A DNA stretch of 64,000 nucleotides from Patescibacteria group bacterium (lineage in GTDB: Bacteria > Patescibacteriota > Minisyncoccia > Minisyncoccales > RBG-13-42-11). The notes beneath the pieces are model-generated. The model ran no database searches. It was given only the letters and a program-made list of their open reading frames with translations, and was not told the DNA's origin. How positions within the stretch are numbered: the stretch's first letter is position 1; each line of letters starts with the position of its first letter. Location: NCBI GenBank assembly GCA_035529635.1, contig DATKWJ010000022.1, positions 1,362-65,361 of the forward strand. Direction: 5' to 3'. Positions 17,879 to 26,736 of this stretch are shown here, piece after piece. Made by a program: the position numbers and the translations under genes.

Positions 17879-17887
17879 ATTATAACA
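17879..17887 (-). promoter_or_regulatory. extended -10 element (TGTTATAAT) abutting the LOG-family gene ATG
   Basis: The minus strand reads TGT-TATAAT-aaattc-ATG, so the -10 ends 6 nt before the start codon at 17872. It lies just downstream of the 17903-17931 hairpin. Confidence 0.3.
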
Positions 17888-17902
17888 CAGTTCAAACCAA
17901 TT

Positions 17903-17931
17903 AAAAAAGGGAAGATTTTCTTCCCGTTTTT
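17903..17931 (-). terminator. rho-independent terminator hairpin
   Basis: A6-GGGAAGA-TTT-TCTTCCC-GTTTTT. On the minus strand the stem is followed by T6. Confidence 0.5.
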
Positions 17932-18148
17932 AATGAGGGGGGAACAGTTCCTGATAAGCTTGATTTTTATCCAAATCCAGGTGGACATAACTGGGCAGCT
18001 GCTTTGATCTCCTTTATCAAAAACCGTCTGTCCTTGGGCAAAAACCCTCACCCCCTCGATTATGAGTTTAATAAAATGAAAACGATTGTCAAGCTGCTTC
18101 CTTTTAAAGAATATCCCCAATTTTTCCACAATTCAATTTTCAAAACAA

Positions 18149-18220
18149 TGCCTCCAGAAGGAGTCGAACCTTCATCCCGACCTCCGGAGGGTCGTGCTTT
18201 ATCCATTAAGCTATGGAGAC
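18149..18220 (-). tRNA. tRNA-Arg (anticodon CCG)
   Basis: Hand-folded 72-nt cloverleaf: acceptor GTCTCCA/TGGAGGC, D arm GCTT..AAGC, anticodon arm CGACC-CTCCGGA-GGTCG, T arm GAAGG-TTCGACT-CCTTC, discriminator A. No encoded CCA. Confidence 0.85.
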
Positions 18221-18245
18221 ACATTCCGGCAACAACCGAAATCGT

Positions 18246-19196
18246 CTAATTGCGGGAAACCCTGATTAAACCGGAACAAGGAATTATTTCTATACCCTGT
18301 TTTTCCAGTTCATCCAAAAACAGATTGACTCCTAAAGAATCGCTGCTCATATGGCCGGCGATAACCACGTTGAGATTGGCGGCTTCGGCTTCTTTTTTAT
18401 GCTCTTCCGAAATATGCATGCCGATGACAGTGCCGATGCCTGCCTGGGCCATTTTTTCGTAAAGTTTCGGCGAGCCCTCGGTTCCGCCGGTTATTTCGGT
18501 CACGGCTATTTTACCGCATCTTCTCTCGGGATCTCCGACGAATATTTTCGGGCCGGCGCCGAATTTTATAGCTTCCCGATATTCCGGAATTTTTTTCAAA
18601 AAATTCAGTAAATCCTCGAGCCGCATCAAATTGGCGTTTTCTTTTTCGATTTTTTCTTTTAAAAAGGCGGCAGCCAAGTTATCGCACGGCGTATGAAGGT
18701 TAATTAAATTCACTTTCAGCAATCTGGCAGTATCAACCGTCCTTTGGTGGTTGACGGAATTGACCCCTCTGGCCACTTCGGAAATTCTCTCTTTCATCAG
18801 GCCTTCGGCGATATTTATCGGCAGGCCGTAAAAATTCAAAACATCGCACTGCAGATCCATGACCTCGGCCAAATGCGCCAGACCTTTGCCGAGGGGATGA
18901 TGGGCGATAATCAGATCCACGCCGCCGATTTCTTTGGCCAGCAGAATTTCAGCGGGTTCAATATCGATGCCGGCTAAAACCTTTTTTATTTCTTTGTCCT
19001 CGGTGATATTCAAAATCCTCGAATCAAGATACGGATTCGAAACAGCTTCCGAATCGAATTCTTCCTTTTCTTGGCTGGAAAGTTTTTCGTATTTTCCCTT
19101 TCTCCTTTGAAGAAGATTTTCTATCTTTTCTCTCCCCCGGAAATCGGCTTCAATTCCCTTATTTATGGCTAGATTGTAGATTTGGTTTGTCGTCAT
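18246..19196 (-). CDS. NIF3-family dinuclear-metal-centre protein
   Basis: 316 aa with DLIIAHHPL and C-terminal VIAGHMSSDSLG, both typical of NIF3 (YbgI/YqfO) proteins, plus an inserted middle domain. Confidence 0.8.
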   Translation of the reverse strand: MTTNQIYNLAINKGIEADFRGREKIENLLQRRKGKYEKLSSQEKEEFDSEAVSNPYLDSRILNITEDKEIKKVLAGIDIEPAEILLAKEIGGVDLIIAHHPLGKGLAHLAEVMDLQCDVLNFYGLPINIAEGLMKERISEVARGVNSVNHQRTVDTARLLKVNLINLHTPCDNLAAAFLKEKIEKENANLMRLEDLLNFLKKIPEYREAIKFGAGPKIFVGDPERRCGKIAVTEITGGTEGSPKLYEKMAQAGIGTVIGMHISEEHKKEAEAANLNVVIAGHMSSDSLGVNLFLDELEKQGIEIIPCSGLIRVSRN

Positions 19197-19333
19197 TCTT
19201 TTTTATTAATTTAGCGTAAAGTTCATTGATCAATTCGCGCTGTTTTTTCAAATCCAAAACTTCCCGACGAATACGGGATTTTTCCCTTCGTATGAATTTT
19301 CTCTGGCTTTTGGCAAGCCGTAATTTGGCCATA
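19193..19333 (-). CDS. candidate 46-aa highly basic small protein (not in ORF track)
   Basis: My manual translation is MAKLRLAKSQRKFIRREKSRIRREVLDLKKQRELINELYAKLIKKE. Its TGA overlaps the NIF3 ATG in an ATGA junction. No SD is visible. Confidence 0.3.
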
Positions 19334-19426
19334 AATGAAAAATCTTTTTAGAACAAAGTATCAACGAAAACCTTGTCATGGTATTTTATAGCTTAGCTTA
19401 TTTCGTTCGAATTTTCAAGAGAAGGC

Positions 19427-20875
19427 TTATTCGCCTTTAATCACCGCCAAAGGAACGAGTTTGGCGACCTTTTTCGACAAACCCGCCCAATGGGCTATTT
19501 CCGCCACTTGATCGACGTCCTTGTAAGCCATTGGCGCTTCTTCGGCGATTCCCTGCCATGACCGGCACTTAACCAATATGCCTTTTTCTTTCAGTCTTTT
19601 GACGACTTCCTCCCCTCTGACCGCTCTGGCAGCTGCATGTCGCGACATCGCCCGACCAGCGCCGTGGGCAGTCGAATAGAACGCCTCTTCTCCCTGTTTT
19701 GTACCAACCATTACATAGGAAGCCGTACCCATGGTGCCGGGCAGAATCGTCGGCTGGCCGGTTTCTCTGTATTTTTCCGGGATTTCAGGATGATTCGGCG
19801 GAAAAGCTCTGGTGGCGCCTTTGCGGTGGACCGCCACTTCGGCCTCTTTTCCGTCAATAACGTATTTTTCTTTTTTAATGATATTATGGGCGATGTCGTA
19901 AAGGATTGCCAAAGAAGAATTTTCCTTTCCCAAAACATTCTGCCAAGATTTCCTGATGAAATGAGTTATCATTTGCCTGTTAGCCCAAGCGTAATTGGCG
20001 GCTGCCGCCATAGCTTTGAAATATTTCTGGCCTTCAGGAGAGTTGAACGGCACACAGGCAAATTCTTTGTCTGGAACTTTTATTTTATAGCGCTGCATGG
20101 CCGGGATCATCATCTTCAGATAATCGGTGCAAACCTGGTGCCCGAGGCCCCTGGAACCGGTATGAACCGTGATAACTATTTGACCTTTAAACAGCCCGAA
20201 GATTTCAGCAACCTGTCTGTCGAATATTTCAATGACTTTTTGGATTTCTATAAAATGGTTGCCGCTGCCCAATGTTCCTATTTGGTCCTGGCCGCGTTTT
20301 TTGGCAAACTCGGAAATAAAAGAGGCATCGGCTTGGGGAAGTTGTCCGCCAGATTCGCAATTTTCCAAATCCTCTTTTTCGCCATAACCCTGTTCAACCA
20401 GTTCTTTTGCCCCTTCTTCCAAAATTCTGTCTATTTGTCCGATGGAAAGCTTTGTCTGCCGGCCTCGGCCCAAACCGGAAGGGATTTCTTTTTGGATTTC
20501 ATCGGCTAAATTCTCCAATTGAGAAAGCCCGATGTCCTTTTCCGAATATGTTGATTTCAAAAGCTTCATGCCGCAATTGATGTCGAAACCGCAGGCGCCT
20601 GGTGAAATGACGCCTTGATGGATGTCAATCGCCCCGACAAAGCCGATTGGGACAGAATAACCTTCATGGCAGTCAGGCATAGCCAGAGCGTACTTGGTTA
20701 TGCCGGGTAAAACGGTTCCGTTCAATAACTGAAAAATCGACCTGTCTTGGAGCACTTCAGTCAGCATCTCTTCCGAAGCGTAAATTCTGGCCGGCACTTT
20801 CATGTCGGCCCTGAAACTTTTCGGAATTTCCCAGAGATAATCGGCTATCCGGATGAAATCTTTTTTAGAAACCAT
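19427..20875 (-). CDS. rtcB: RNA ligase RtcB
   Basis: 482 aa with MPDCHEGYSVPIGF, GFDINCGM, HTGSRGLGHQV and HGAGR, the canonical RtcB metal and GMP-His motifs. Confidence 0.95.
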   Translation of the reverse strand: MVSKKDFIRIADYLWEIPKSFRADMKVPARIYASEEMLTEVLQDRSIFQLLNGTVLPGITKYALAMPDCHEGYSVPIGFVGAIDIHQGVISPGACGFDINCGMKLLKSTYSEKDIGLSQLENLADEIQKEIPSGLGRGRQTKLSIGQIDRILEEGAKELVEQGYGEKEDLENCESGGQLPQADASFISEFAKKRGQDQIGTLGSGNHFIEIQKVIEIFDRQVAEIFGLFKGQIVITVHTGSRGLGHQVCTDYLKMMIPAMQRYKIKVPDKEFACVPFNSPEGQKYFKAMAAAANYAWANRQMITHFIRKSWQNVLGKENSSLAILYDIAHNIIKKEKYVIDGKEAEVAVHRKGATRAFPPNHPEIPEKYRETGQPTILPGTMGTASYVMVGTKQGEEAFYSTAHGAGRAMSRHAAARAVRGEEVVKRLKEKGILVKCRSWQGIAEEAPMAYKDVDQVAEIAHWAGLSKKVAKLVPLAVIKGE

Positions 20876-22083
20876 TATTTCGTTTTAATTTGGTTTTGCA
20901 ATTTTCTGAATTCATCTCTGACGATTTCCCTGTCATCCCAGGGTATTTTCTTGCCGCGGGCTTCAACCAGCCAGGGTTCCGAACCTTTGCCGGTGATGAC
21001 CACTGTATCTTCCTCCTTAGCCAAAGACAAGGCGATTTTTATCGCTTCCCTTCTGTCCAATATTTTTCTGGCTCCCTGACCTGCTCCGTCAGCCACCTCT
21101 TCGATGATTTTCATCGGATTTTCATCATAAGGATCCTCGTTGGTGACAATTACTTCCTGACAGTTCTCAGCCGCAATCCGGCCCAAAACCGGCCTTTTCC
21201 ATTTGTCTCTTCCCCCGCCGCAAGCGCCTAAAACGCAGATCATTTTGCCGTTTTCAGGCTTCAAGGCCCGGTAAACTTTTTTCAAAGCGTTGGGAGTAAA
21301 AGCGTAATCAACGAAAATTTTGAAAGGTTTTTCAATAACCAGTTCCATTCTGCCGGCCACGCCGCCGACCTTTTCCACCGCTCTCCGACAAATTTTCAAA
21401 TCGATTCCCTGAGACAGACCAGCGGCCATGGCCGCCAAAGCGTTATAAATATTGAAATCGCCGATTAAGCGCAGTTTCAAACGCAAATCTTTGTTGTTAA
21501 CGTCTCCTTTTTCCCAGCCGTAAGTGTATTTTTTCTCAGCCGGAAATTGCAGGAAATATTCCGAATTTTCGTCGTCTATGTTTATAATATGGATATTTCT
21601 CGTTACTTGGAAAAGCTTTCCTTTGGCTTTTTTATAATTTTCGAAGCCACCGTGAGCTTCGATATGCTCGGGACTCAAATTAGTGAAGATTGCCGCCTCA
21701 AAGTGAATAAACCTGTGGCGGTGCTGTTTTATTCCCTCGGAGGTGACTTCCAAAACCGCGTATTGGCAATCGACCGCCACTGCCTGTTTTAAAAATTTCT
21801 GAAGGCGAAAACGTCCCGGCATGGTCATCTTAAGGGCGTTTTCCCGCTCCTCTCCTTTGATTTTGAATTTGATCGAAGAAAGGCAAGCTATTTTGAATCC
21901 GGCTTCTTCCAAAATTTCCGCCAATAGGCTGGCTACCGTGGTTTTGCCGTTGGTCCCGGTCACGCCGATCACTTTTATCCGTCGGGAAGGGAAACAATAA
22001 AAAACCGCTCCTGAAAAAGCCAAAAAATAATGGTACCAGCTCAGCAGAAAAGAAGGAATAAATTTTTTGATTGAATCTTTCAT
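20875..22083 (-). CDS. Mur-ligase-family protein (MurE-like, lacking the canonical N-terminal domain)
   Basis: 402 aa with a hydrophobic N-terminus, P-loop VIGVTGTNGKTTV and a C-terminal domain ITGKGSEPW...WDDRE. Its stop shares one nt with the rtcB ATG (TAATG). Confidence 0.75.
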   Translation of the reverse strand: MKDSIKKFIPSFLLSWYHYFLAFSGAVFYCFPSRRIKVIGVTGTNGKTTVASLLAEILEEAGFKIACLSSIKFKIKGEERENALKMTMPGRFRLQKFLKQAVAVDCQYAVLEVTSEGIKQHRHRFIHFEAAIFTNLSPEHIEAHGGFENYKKAKGKLFQVTRNIHIINIDDENSEYFLQFPAEKKYTYGWEKGDVNNKDLRLKLRLIGDFNIYNALAAMAAGLSQGIDLKICRRAVEKVGGVAGRMELVIEKPFKIFVDYAFTPNALKKVYRALKPENGKMICVLGACGGGRDKWKRPVLGRIAAENCQEVIVTNEDPYDENPMKIIEEVADGAGQGARKILDRREAIKIALSLAKEEDTVVITGKGSEPWLVEARGKKIPWDDREIVRDEFRKLQNQIKTK

Positions 22084-22150
22084 CCTGCTTTATTCTAACC
22101 CAAACCTTTAAGCTTGCCAATTTTCTTTTTTTTTGCTATTCTTAAACATT

Positions 22151-22417
22151 ATGCCGATCATCAAAAGCGCTAAAAAAGCTCTTCGCCAGAGTGCTAAAAG
22201 AAGGACCCGCAATCTGCAGAAAAAAAGAAAACTGAAGAATCTCCTGAAAGAGATGAATCTTTTGGTTTCGGAAAAAAAGATCAAAGAAGCGAAGGAACTT
22301 CTGCCGAAAATTTATAAATTCTTGGATAAAGCGGCCAAAAGCGATTTAATCAAAAAAAACGCGGCCAGCCGCAAAAAATCAAGAATAAGCAAACTTATAA
22401 ACAAAAGCGGCAGTTAA
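22151..22417 (+). CDS. rpsT: 30S ribosomal protein S20
   Basis: MPIIKSAKKALRQSAKRRTRNLQKKRKLK. The start is taken at ATG 22151; the track start at 22133 adds 6 non-homologous residues. Confidence 0.9.
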   Translation: MPIIKSAKKALRQSAKRRTRNLQKKRKLKNLLKEMNLLVSEKKIKEAKELLPKIYKFLDKAAKSDLIKKNAASRKKSRISKLINKSGS

Positions 22418-22427
22418 GACAGACGGA

Positions 22428-23366
22428 TTAAGTTTCCGCAATCAACAAATCCAAGGCCGTTTCCGGATTGACTTTTCCGGTTTTAATATCAAGATCTGCC
22501 TGAAAAATCTTCCGGTAGATTTTTTTTAATTCGGCCAGAGTGAATTTCTGGGCCTGGTAATAGCTTTTTTTAACGACGAAAGGATGCAATTTGACAGCTT
22601 TCAAAATGGCACCATAAGGCTGGCGTCTTTCCATCAGGTCTTTTACCACCAGAAGATTCCTGAATTGGAAATTTATCATTGAAAGGAGATAAAGTGGGCT
22701 GTCGCCTTTTTTCAAATGACGGTGAATCAGCAATAAAGCCTGTTTTTTGTCTTTTTGGGCGATGGCGTCGATCGTTTTGAAAATAGCTGTTTCAATTTTA
22801 GGTTTGACCAGCAATTCCACGTCTTCAAGATTGACTTTTCTTTCCTTTTTTCTAAAAGAAACGAGCTTGTTGATTTCATTGGACAGCCGCCAAAGGTCAC
22901 TACCGACAGAATCAACTAATTTAGTCAGAGCTTCGGGGCTGATTTCCGCCTTAAATCCGGCCAGTTCTTGCCTGATCCATTTTTTCAGATTTTCGCCCTG
23001 CAAAAACTGGAAGTTCTGAGCCTTCGCTTTGTTTTTCAAAAAAGCAAAAAACTTATCCTTGGCCGGAATTTCATCTTCTTCGTAGAATAAAACGGTATCT
23101 TTCAAGCTTTCAAAAAATTCTGAGTTTTTCAAGAATTTTTCCTTGAAATCTTGGTTGGCGGAAACATTCGATATAACCAGCAGTTTCTTTTCGTCGAATA
23201 TCGAAGTTTGCCTGATTGCTTCTTTCAAAGAGGCCAATTTCAGATCTCCGCCCTCGAAAAAAACCAAACTTAAGCCGATACGATGGACTTTTTTATACTC
23301 TTCGATTATTTCGCTCAATTTCCGTTTTGATCTGTAAGTATCCGGGCCGTAAAGAAAGATTAACAT
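22428..23366 (-). CDS. holA: DNA polymerase III delta subunit
   Basis: 312 aa. MLIFLYGPDTYRSKRKLSEII and the overall helical layout are typical of HolA. Confidence 0.75.
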   Translation of the reverse strand: MLIFLYGPDTYRSKRKLSEIIEEYKKVHRIGLSLVFFEGGDLKLASLKEAIRQTSIFDEKKLLVISNVSANQDFKEKFLKNSEFFESLKDTVLFYEEDEIPAKDKFFAFLKNKAKAQNFQFLQGENLKKWIRQELAGFKAEISPEALTKLVDSVGSDLWRLSNEINKLVSFRKKERKVNLEDVELLVKPKIETAIFKTIDAIAQKDKKQALLLIHRHLKKGDSPLYLLSMINFQFRNLLVVKDLMERRQPYGAILKAVKLHPFVVKKSYYQAQKFTLAELKKIYRKIFQADLDIKTGKVNPETALDLLIAET

Positions 23367-23370
23367 AATT

Positions 23371-24111
23371 TTAAAATTGCCTTTGCTGGCATTTTGGACA
23401 ATAATGGGCGCTTCTTCCTGATATTTTAATTCTTTTTATGATCGTTCTGCAATTAGGACATTTTCCCCCTTGCTTTTGATAAACCTTATGTTGTTTAATA
23501 TAGCTTCCCTTTCGTCCACAAGCGTCAAGATAATTTTCGACTGAGGAACCGCGCCGCCTTATGGCTTCTTTCAAAATCTTTTTGATATTTTGGTGGATGC
23601 TTTTGATTTCCCGTTCCTTTAAGCTTCCGGCGTAGCGCAGCGGATGCACTTTTGAAGCGAACAAAATTTCATCCGAATAAATATTGCCGAGCCCGGCGAT
23701 GAATTTCTGATCCATCAGTAAGGGTTTTATTTTCGATCCGGAACGGCCGGACAAAAGGGTTTTGAACGTCTCCAGATCAATTGCCAAGGCCTCCGGTCCG
23801 AATTCCTTTTCGATTTTTTCCGTTCCCTTCACTTTTTTCCACCAACCGAATTTGCGGACGTCGTTGAAAATCAGCCGCGAACCGTCGTCAAAAATAAAAA
23901 CCTTGCGAGTGTGTTTCGAAGGTTTTCCGTTGAAAATCAACTGGCCGGTCAATTTCAGGTGGAAAATCAAGCTTGAACCGTCATTAAAATCGATTATTAA
24001 AATTTTCGCCCTTCTCCGCAAATCGACGATTTTCCGTCCGTCTATTTTTTTCCCGACGATTTTTTCAAATAATTGCCGCCGAATCGTTTCCACTTCAGGA
24101 AGCTCGGGCAT
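23371..24111 (-). CDS. mutM: formamidopyrimidine-DNA glycosylase
   Basis: MPELPEVETIRRQL N-terminus (catalytic Pro2/Glu3), H2TH region, and C-terminal zinc finger CPNC...CPKCQ. Confidence 0.9.
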   Translation of the reverse strand: MPELPEVETIRRQLFEKIVGKKIDGRKIVDLRRRAKILIIDFNDGSSLIFHLKLTGQLIFNGKPSKHTRKVFIFDDGSRLIFNDVRKFGWWKKVKGTEKIEKEFGPEALAIDLETFKTLLSGRSGSKIKPLLMDQKFIAGLGNIYSDEILFASKVHPLRYAGSLKEREIKSIHQNIKKILKEAIRRRGSSVENYLDACGRKGSYIKQHKVYQKQGGKCPNCRTIIKRIKISGRSAHYCPKCQQRQF

Positions 24112-24114
24112 ATC

Positions 24115-24483
24115 TTATTTACTGAAAGCGGCATTCACTTTTTCGATTATTTCTCCGGGCGTGAAATGGGCTTTTATCAGGTAATCAACCGCGCCAAGTT
24201 TCAGTCCTTTTTCCACATCTTCCCTCTGTCCGAGGTTGGAGAGAATGATGACTGGGATGGTCGCCAAACTCGGATCTGTTTTTATCTGAGATAAAACTTC
24301 AAAACCGTCGATGCCGGGCAAGATCAAGTCAAGCAGGATCAGATCCGGCTTGTCTTCCCTGGTTTTTTTGATCCCGTCTTCCCCGTCGATGGCTTCATTG
24401 ACAGTATGCCCTTCTTTAAGCAGTTTTTTGGATATCAGTTCCCTGAGAAATTTGTCGTCTTCTATTATTAAAATCTTTTTCAT
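24115..24483 (-). CDS. stand-alone response-regulator receiver domain
   Basis: 122 aa with EDD acidic pocket, phospho-acceptor in LILLDLILPGIDG, and T/K positions (ILSNLG, DYLIK). No output domain. Confidence 0.85.
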   Translation of the reverse strand: MKKILIIEDDKFLRELISKKLLKEGHTVNEAIDGEDGIKKTREDKPDLILLDLILPGIDGFEVLSQIKTDPSLATIPVIILSNLGQREDVEKGLKLGAVDYLIKAHFTPGEIIEKVNAAFSK

Positions 24484-24552
24484 AAAAAGTTTTAATTAAG
24501 ATAATTTTGAGTAAGGCGAGAAATTATCGCCATTAAAATTTTTTTCATATGA

Positions 24553-24921
24553 TTAACCGATTTGTTTTTTTACTTTATCGATTACTTCCTGAGGGTCGAA
24601 TTCTGTTTTAATCAGCCAATCTTTGGCTCCCAATTCTTTGGCTTTGTCGATTTCCACCGGTTGACCGGAGTTGGAAACGATGATTATCGGGATCTCTTTC
24701 AGTTTTTCATCTTGCCGCATTTCATCCATCACTTCAAACCCTCCTATCTTGGGCATAATGATGTCCAAAAGCACGAGATCGGGCATTATTTTTCTCATTA
24801 AATCCAATCCTTCCCGACCGTCCCGGGCAATCGAAACGTCATAGCCGTTCTGGCTCAGCTTTTTTTGGAGAAGATTAATCATAATCTCTTCGTCTTCTAT
24901 TATGATAATTTTTTTAGGCAT
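24553..24921 (-). CDS. stand-alone response-regulator receiver domain
   Basis: 122 aa with IEDEE, LVLLDIIMPKIGG, IIVSNSG and DWLIK. No output domain. Confidence 0.85.
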   Translation of the reverse strand: MPKKIIIIEDEEIMINLLQKKLSQNGYDVSIARDGREGLDLMRKIMPDLVLLDIIMPKIGGFEVMDEMRQDEKLKEIPIIIVSNSGQPVEIDKAKELGAKDWLIKTEFDPQEVIDKVKKQIG

Positions 24922-25043
24922 ATTTTTGATGATTGAAATTATTTTTAATTAGATTATCCTTAGCCAGTTCCTTCGGACTTTCCGGTTTTTTCGAAAAACC
25001 CGTTCGACACTTCTCCTGGAAATACTGGCCTATTACGTTATTT

Positions 25044-25052
25044 ATTATAGCA
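25044..25052 (-). promoter_or_regulatory. candidate extended -10 (TGCTATAAT) in the kinase-receiver spacer
   Basis: The minus strand reads TGC-TATAAT about 125 nt upstream of the receiver gene ATG at 24921. No good -35 is present. Confidence 0.3.
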
Positions 25053-25133
25053 AATTTAATCCGACAAGTGGAGGTCAAGGCGATTCCCTAGTCAGTATAT
25101 CAAAAAATAAAAAGAAAAGAAAATGAAACCTTC

Positions 25134-26726
25134 TTAAAATTCTTTCAGCAGTTTCTTGTTTTCTTCTCCGGTGGGCAGAACAATATAAAAAACAGTGCCC
25201 TTTCCCTCTTCTGACTCGAACCAAATTTTTCCGTTATGGGCTTCGACTATGTTTTTGCTGATAAAAAGGCCCAAACCAGAACCCTCGGTTTCCATTCTGA
25301 CCACGTTGGCTCCCCGGAAGAATTTGCTGAAAACCCTGAAACGCTGGTTCTGAGGAATTCCCACGCCCGAATCTCTTATGGAAAATTTTATTTCTTCCTT
25401 GTTTTTATCGTATTCCAGTAAAACCGTTATCTTGCCGCCGAGAAAAGTGTACTTAATGGCGTTGTCGAGAAGATTCTGGATAACCAATCTCATCTTTTCG
25501 ACATCCAAAGCTATCTTCGGCAATCCGGCCTGCGGTTTTTTATAATCCAAAGATATTTTTTTCCTGGCGATCTCTTCCTGGTAGGAATCGAGTACGAAAT
25601 GAACCACGTTTTCAAGATCGGAAAGGACCGGCTTGTAAAGATATCTGCCTTCTTCTATTTTGGTGATATCCAAAAGCTCGTTGATCAGGCTAATCATTCT
25701 TTCATTGGCCCGATAGCTTTTCCCGAGGAATTCCGTCTGTTCTTTGGTAATTTTTCCCAAATCGCCGTCTAAAAACATGCCGAGAGTCCATTTGATGGCT
25801 GAAAGCGGCGTTCTTAGTTGGTGGGCGGCCAGAGAGACGAATTCGGTTTTTATCCTTTCAACCATTTTCTCTCTGGTGATATCGTGTAAAACAACCAAAT
25901 TTCCCAATTCTTCCTGGCCGCTTAAGATGGGTACGGTAGACACCTCCAAGACCAAATTTTCTCCGATCAACGCCTCTTCCCTAAAAACGTCTTTGATTTC
26001 TCCCCCCAATAAATCTATTAAAGGCTTGATACCCGGTTTTTTCGCCAGTTCCGAAATCAGTTTCCCTTCAATTTCTTTGTCTTCGACTTTCAAAAAATCT
26101 TCCGCCTGAGGATTGGACAATAAGAGCCTGTTTTTTTTATCAAAAACCAAAAGCCCGTCGGTAAAATTATTGATAACCGTCAAAGTTTTGTCCCTTTCTT
26201 GTTCCGCTTTTTTCCTCGCTTCTTCAACATCTTCCAAGATGTTTATTAAGGATTTTCTCGAGCCCTCCAGTTCTTTCGTTCTTATTTTGACTTCTTCTTC
26301 AAGCTTTTCCTGGAATTTTTTTATTTCGGTGATATCGGTCAAACTGATGAAATAGCCGAGAAAAGTGCCGGACTCGTCCTGCCTTATGGAAATTGAAACC
26401 CTGACCGGAATTTCTTTTTTTTCTTTCGAAACCAAGATTAATTCGTCCGTAATAACCTGTTCTTTCGATTTGGCTTCGGCTAAGATCTCCTCGGTTTTTT
26501 TATCTTCCGAAAAAATACTCTTTAGCGATTCTCCAACTATCTCAATAGATTTGTAACGAGTTATTTCTTCGAAGGATTTATTGACGTCGATAATCCTTTC
26601 CACCGGATTAATCGAACAAATCGGCAAAGGCAGAAAAGTGGAAAACTCTTCGATATACATTTCCAAATCCGCCAAATCTTCTCTGGTTTTCTCAAGTTCT
26701 TCTTTAATTGATCTTTTCTCGACCAT
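25134..26726 (-). CDS. soluble sensor histidine kinase (coiled coil - PAS - coiled coil - PAS - HisKA - HATPase)
   Basis: 530 aa with no TM helix, H-box FVSLAAHQLRTPLSAI, N box NLLDNAIKYT and G boxes RDSGVGIP and GSGLGL. There are two PAS-like segments and an internal LEEEVKIRTKELE coiled coil. Confidence 0.85.
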   Translation of the reverse strand: MVEKRSIKEELEKTREDLADLEMYIEEFSTFLPLPICSINPVERIIDVNKSFEEITRYKSIEIVGESLKSIFSEDKKTEEILAEAKSKEQVITDELILVSKEKKEIPVRVSISIRQDESGTFLGYFISLTDITEIKKFQEKLEEEVKIRTKELEGSRKSLINILEDVEEARKKAEQERDKTLTVINNFTDGLLVFDKKNRLLLSNPQAEDFLKVEDKEIEGKLISELAKKPGIKPLIDLLGGEIKDVFREEALIGENLVLEVSTVPILSGQEELGNLVVLHDITREKMVERIKTEFVSLAAHQLRTPLSAIKWTLGMFLDGDLGKITKEQTEFLGKSYRANERMISLINELLDITKIEEGRYLYKPVLSDLENVVHFVLDSYQEEIARKKISLDYKKPQAGLPKIALDVEKMRLVIQNLLDNAIKYTFLGGKITVLLEYDKNKEEIKFSIRDSGVGIPQNQRFRVFSKFFRGANVVRMETEGSGLGLFISKNIVEAHNGKIWFESEEGKGTVFYIVLPTGEENKKLLKEF

Positions 26727-26736
26727 ATCTGTCCGT

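Noticed and set aside
18093-18101. A GGAAGCAGC motif (minus strand) reminiscent of the SRP RNA helix-8 conserved sequence.
   Set aside because: The flanks lack the GNRA tetraloop, the complementary GGCAG-containing strand and the GC-rich helices needed for a 4.5S/SRP RNA fold.
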